Shown: piece after piece, positions 37,168-38,205 of the stretch | Layout: every line of letters starts with the position of its first letter | How positions within the stretch are numbered: the stretch's first letter is position 1 | Virus record (IMG/VR): IMGVR_UViG_3300032227_000019 | Coordinates: 1-38,205 of that record | Reading direction: 5' to 3' (one strand) | Length of the DNA: 38,205 nucleotides | From: a virus | Lineage: Duplodnaviria; Caudoviricetes | Notes under the pieces: model-generated | Seen by the model: the letters and a program-made list of their open reading frames with translations, nothing else | Told to the model about the DNA's origin: nothing | The model's database searches: none | Made by a program: the position numbers and the translations under genes

Positions 37168-38115
37168 TCAGTCCTCAGCCAACTTACGAAACATGGCGAG
37201 GTCCTCATCTTCTTCCTCTTCAACAACAGGCGCAGGTGCCTTCTGCTTGGTAGCAACTGGCTTAGGTGTCTCTACCCAAGGTGTTTCCTCTTCAACAGGA
37301 GCAGCCTTTAGTGCTGGTGCAGACGTTGCACCATAACCCATAACATCATCAAGGCGCTTCTTTAGTTCCTCATAGGACTTAAAGTTCTTAAGGTCAACAA
37401 TCTCCTTAAGAGAATGTTCGGCCTTCCACACCTTCTCCAATTCACCATCTTCTTCACTTAATGGACCTGGTGTTAGAAACACCGATTCATCATAGTTAGG
37501 GAAACTGACGTTACGACCACCCATATTAACATTCTGACGGGTAACCTTCAACTTAAAGTTAGCACCGTTCCAAAGGTCAAATGGATTAACTGCCTTCTCG
37601 GACTCTAGGTCAGGGTTCATCATCTTGGTAATCTTATCAAAGATTTTCTTACCATACTTGTAGAGAAACACCTTACCCTCGGCATCCTTATTCTGTGGGT
37701 CATTAATGACCAGAATATTGGACACATAATGCAGACGGCGCTTCTGGTCACGGGCCTGCTTACGCTCAGGACCATTATCGTCCTGTGAGGAGTTCCAGAG
37801 TTGTGAGTTAAGTTCGGATACAGGGTCCTTCTGATTGAGTGTCGTTAGTGACTTCTCAATATACCACTTGCCTGTAGCCTTGTTCTGAAAACCATGGTCC
37901 CAATACTGAACCCATGGAAGTGCATCTTCACCATCGACGGCAGGACCTGGAAGGAAACGAATAACAGCAAGCGCATTGCCAGTCTTATCTGGTGTTGGCT
38001 TCCAATAAAGGTCTGCTGTTTCGTCCTTTTCGTAGGTGGGATTAGCGAGTTTGTCCACTTCTTTTAGTAAGTTACCAAAGTCTTTGGACTGCTTTTTGAG
38101 ATTAGCAAAATTCAT
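37168..38115 (-). CDS. gp32: Single-stranded DNA-binding protein gp32
   Basis: WKP..DK.GN..AVIRFLP, HGFQ...GKWYIE.SLTTL...DPV, KVFLYKYGKKIFDKI, NPFDLW.GANFKLK, NYD.S.F, acidic tail. Confidence 0.97.
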   Translation of the reverse strand: MNFANLKKQSKDFGNLLKEVDKLANPTYEKDETADLYWKPTPDKTGNALAVIRFLPGPAVDGEDALPWVQYWDHGFQNKATGKWYIEKSLTTLNQKDPVSELNSQLWNSSQDDNGPERKQARDQKRRLHYVSNILVINDPQNKDAEGKVFLYKYGKKIFDKITKMMNPDLESEKAVNPFDLWNGANFKLKVTRQNVNMGGRNVSFPNYDESVFLTPGPLSEEDGELEKVWKAEHSLKEIVDLKNFKSYEELKKRLDDVMGYGATSAPALKAAPVEEETPWVETPKPVATKQKAPAPVVEEEEDEDLAMFRKLAED

Positions 38116-38197
38116 AGTGTGCTCCTTGTATAAACGTTGTATATGTTGTATGTTTTATATTGTCCACGTTTCCATAACAATATGATGTAGTATAACA
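38116..38197 (-). promoter_or_regulatory. gene 32 leader: extended -10 promoter, 5' hairpin, A/C-rich repeats and RBS
   Basis: On the minus strand: TGtTATACT (38197-38189), hairpin ATATTGTTATG-GAAA-CGTGGACAATAT (38183-38157), three ATACAA units, then AAGGAG. Confidence 0.65.
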
Positions 38198-38205
38198 GGG
38201 GCCGA

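Noticed and set aside
1-38205. tRNA/rRNA genes, introns, inteins, integrases, alternative genetic code
   Set aside because: None recognised. Intergenic gaps are very short and core genes read through intact in the standard code.

Overview
Late structural region of a T4-like (Tevenvirinae/Kyanoviridae-style) myophage. The minus strand, read right to left, carries gp4, gp2, gp53, a gp27-like hub, a two-gene gp5, gp25, gp6, gp7 and gp8. These are followed by a two-gene VrlC/DUF4815-type baseplate protein and a large tail-fibre/adhesin cluster, whose last fibre runs off the left edge and is missing from the ORF track. A divergent plus-strand block holds gp48, gp54, gp26, gp51 and a 1130-aa multi-domain peptidoglycan-hydrolase/tape-measure-like gene; gp32 converges on it from the right. 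T4-type late promoter motifs (TAAATA core) precede many genes. The best candidate for an undescribed system is a four-gene cassette: fibre, a gp38-like adhesin whose polyglycine-II strands are elongated into four length-matched Gly-X-Y tracts, a small unknown protein, and a prolyl-4-hydroxylase-like 2OG-Fe(II) oxygenase. This suggests the phage modifies its own receptor-binding protein. Other oddities are DUF4214/S-layer-anchor-like repeats on the baseplate protein, a lysozyme-less split gp5, and strong Asn enrichment of exposed virion proteins. All family assignments come from motif recognition and gene order, not database searches.
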